From Nageia nagi (taxonomy: Eukaryota; Plantae; Pinophyta): a stretch of DNA of 64,000 bases. A program made the translations under genes and the position numbers. Within the stretch, counting starts at the first letter, position 1. Each line of letters starts with the position of its first letter. The notes under the pieces are model-generated. The model worked only from the letters and a program-made list of their open reading frames with translations. It was not told where the DNA came from and did not search any database. The stretch spans positions 158,906,001 to 158,970,000 of the forward strand of contig JBITNC010000001.1 in assembly GCA_050084985.1 (NCBI GenBank), in the 5' to 3' direction. This document shows positions 63,001-64,000 of this stretch, one piece after another.

Positions 63001-64000
63001 TGAATTTTGAAATTTTTGAGGAAAAATCCAAATTTTTTGAGTTTTCTCAGTCCTTGAATCCCATTTGGATGCAAAAATATGGTTTTTAGGAGTTTGTGTG
63101 GGCCAAATTGCACAAATGATAGGTCAAAATGGTGTAGAATCATACCACCTATCTCATAGAAGTGAAAAATTGCAATTTTGGGCACTTTTAGGGACCAAAG
63201 AGGCTAGGCACAGGTTTTAGGATGTTTAGGAAAGTTTTCAAAAATGGGAAAATGGGGGAAAGCTTGCAAAACCAGTGCCTACCTTTAAGGGGGTCAAAAA
63301 TTGGTTTTTGAGCAAATATGCAAGAGGCAAAGATGCTTACATTTGGATTTTGCACCCTACCTTTCTTTCCGATTTTGATTTTGAGATTTTTAAGAAATTT
63401 GGAAAATTTTGGAGCTCTCCCATTGGCTGATCCAAATTTTGTGGGAGTAGATCCACTTTTTTCCAAAAACTTAAGACATGAATGATGTGCAAAATTGGAT
63501 TTCCCATGCTCTTAGGATCAAAAATTTTGAATTTTGAGCAAAATTAGACCCTTGAATGCTAGGCGCAGGTTTTAGGACTTTAGGCATGTTTTTTCAAAAT
63601 TTTGAAAATGGAGGAAACACGCCAAAACTGCCGCCTAGCATTTTGAGGGGGTAAAATTGATTTTTTTGCAACATTGCAAGAGGCAATGTTGATCTCCATT
63701 GAATTTTGCACCCTAACTCACTCTACTTTTTTGATTTGACCAATTTTGAAAAATTTTGAGAAAAATTGGAGCTCTCTCATTGGCCAATCGAATTTTGATG
63801 ATTTGAGGAAGTAGATCTCATTTTTTTGGAAAACTCAAATCATCAATCTTGTGTGGAATCCCATCTTACACCCCATCAAGGTCAAAATTTTCAATTTTTT
63901 CAAATTTGGGGCACAAGAAGGGTAGCCGCAGGTTTTGAGGTAATTAGGCCATTTTCCAATTTTGAGAAGTTGAGGGAAAACACCCAAAACCAGTGCCTAA
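60100..64000 (-). mobile_element. Young, long LTR-like sequence (Ogre/Tat-like) in the CAF intron, continuing past the window end
   Basis: Begins TGTGAC at 60100. GGAGATCCACCAC ~40 bp in resembles the Ogre U5 GGAGTCGCCACC motif in reverse. Minus-strand TATAAATA at ~61447-61454. CpGs are retained and no coding motifs are seen. The other end is not visible. Confidence 0.6.
63205..64000. repeat. ~355-360 bp diverged tandem repeat (at least 2.2 copies) within the long LTR
   Basis: CTAGGC(A/G)CAGGTTTT...AAAAC(C/T)...GCCTA...GCAAGAGGCAA...TTTTGCACCCTA...GAGCTCTC.CATTGGC recurs at ~63205, ~63559 and ~63922. Confidence 0.85.

Noticed and set aside
61653-63466. ORFs of 67-125 aa in the terminal LTR-like region
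   Set aside because: Phe/Lys-rich translations of T/A-tract repeats with no recognisable domain.

Overview
AT-rich, CpG-depleted plant nuclear DNA, most likely from a conifer (inferred from the PPR motif wording and TE types; not verified). Positions 1-36 kb form one deep transposon nest, reconstructed from termini, PBS/PPT and target-site duplications (TSDs). From outside in: a decayed Ty3/Gypsy; a probable solo LTR; a non-autonomous CACTA element (1411-35657, GAA TSD) packed with scrambled, tandemly amplified PLS-class PPR gene fragments; LTR element A (3699-30487); gag-protease-only element B; Athila-like element C with gag-pol and an extra ORF; and non-autonomous element D. Positions 36-54 kb hold a TSD-flanked ORF1-only LINE, a perfect (TGATGG)32 microsatellite, a PPR-E-DYW pseudogene that the ORF track misses, a very AT-rich tract, a solo LTR and nested RTE-like LINE remnants. 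Positions 54-64 kb contain the last three coding exons of the only apparently intact gene, a chloroplast CRM-domain CRS2-associated factor (CAF1/CAF2-like, minus strand). Its 3' end has an old tandem duplicate, and its upstream intron carries a hAT fragment and a young, long Ogre/Tat-like LTR. There is a 100-N assembly gap at 5129-5228. All alignments, translations and family assignments were done by eye, without database searches.
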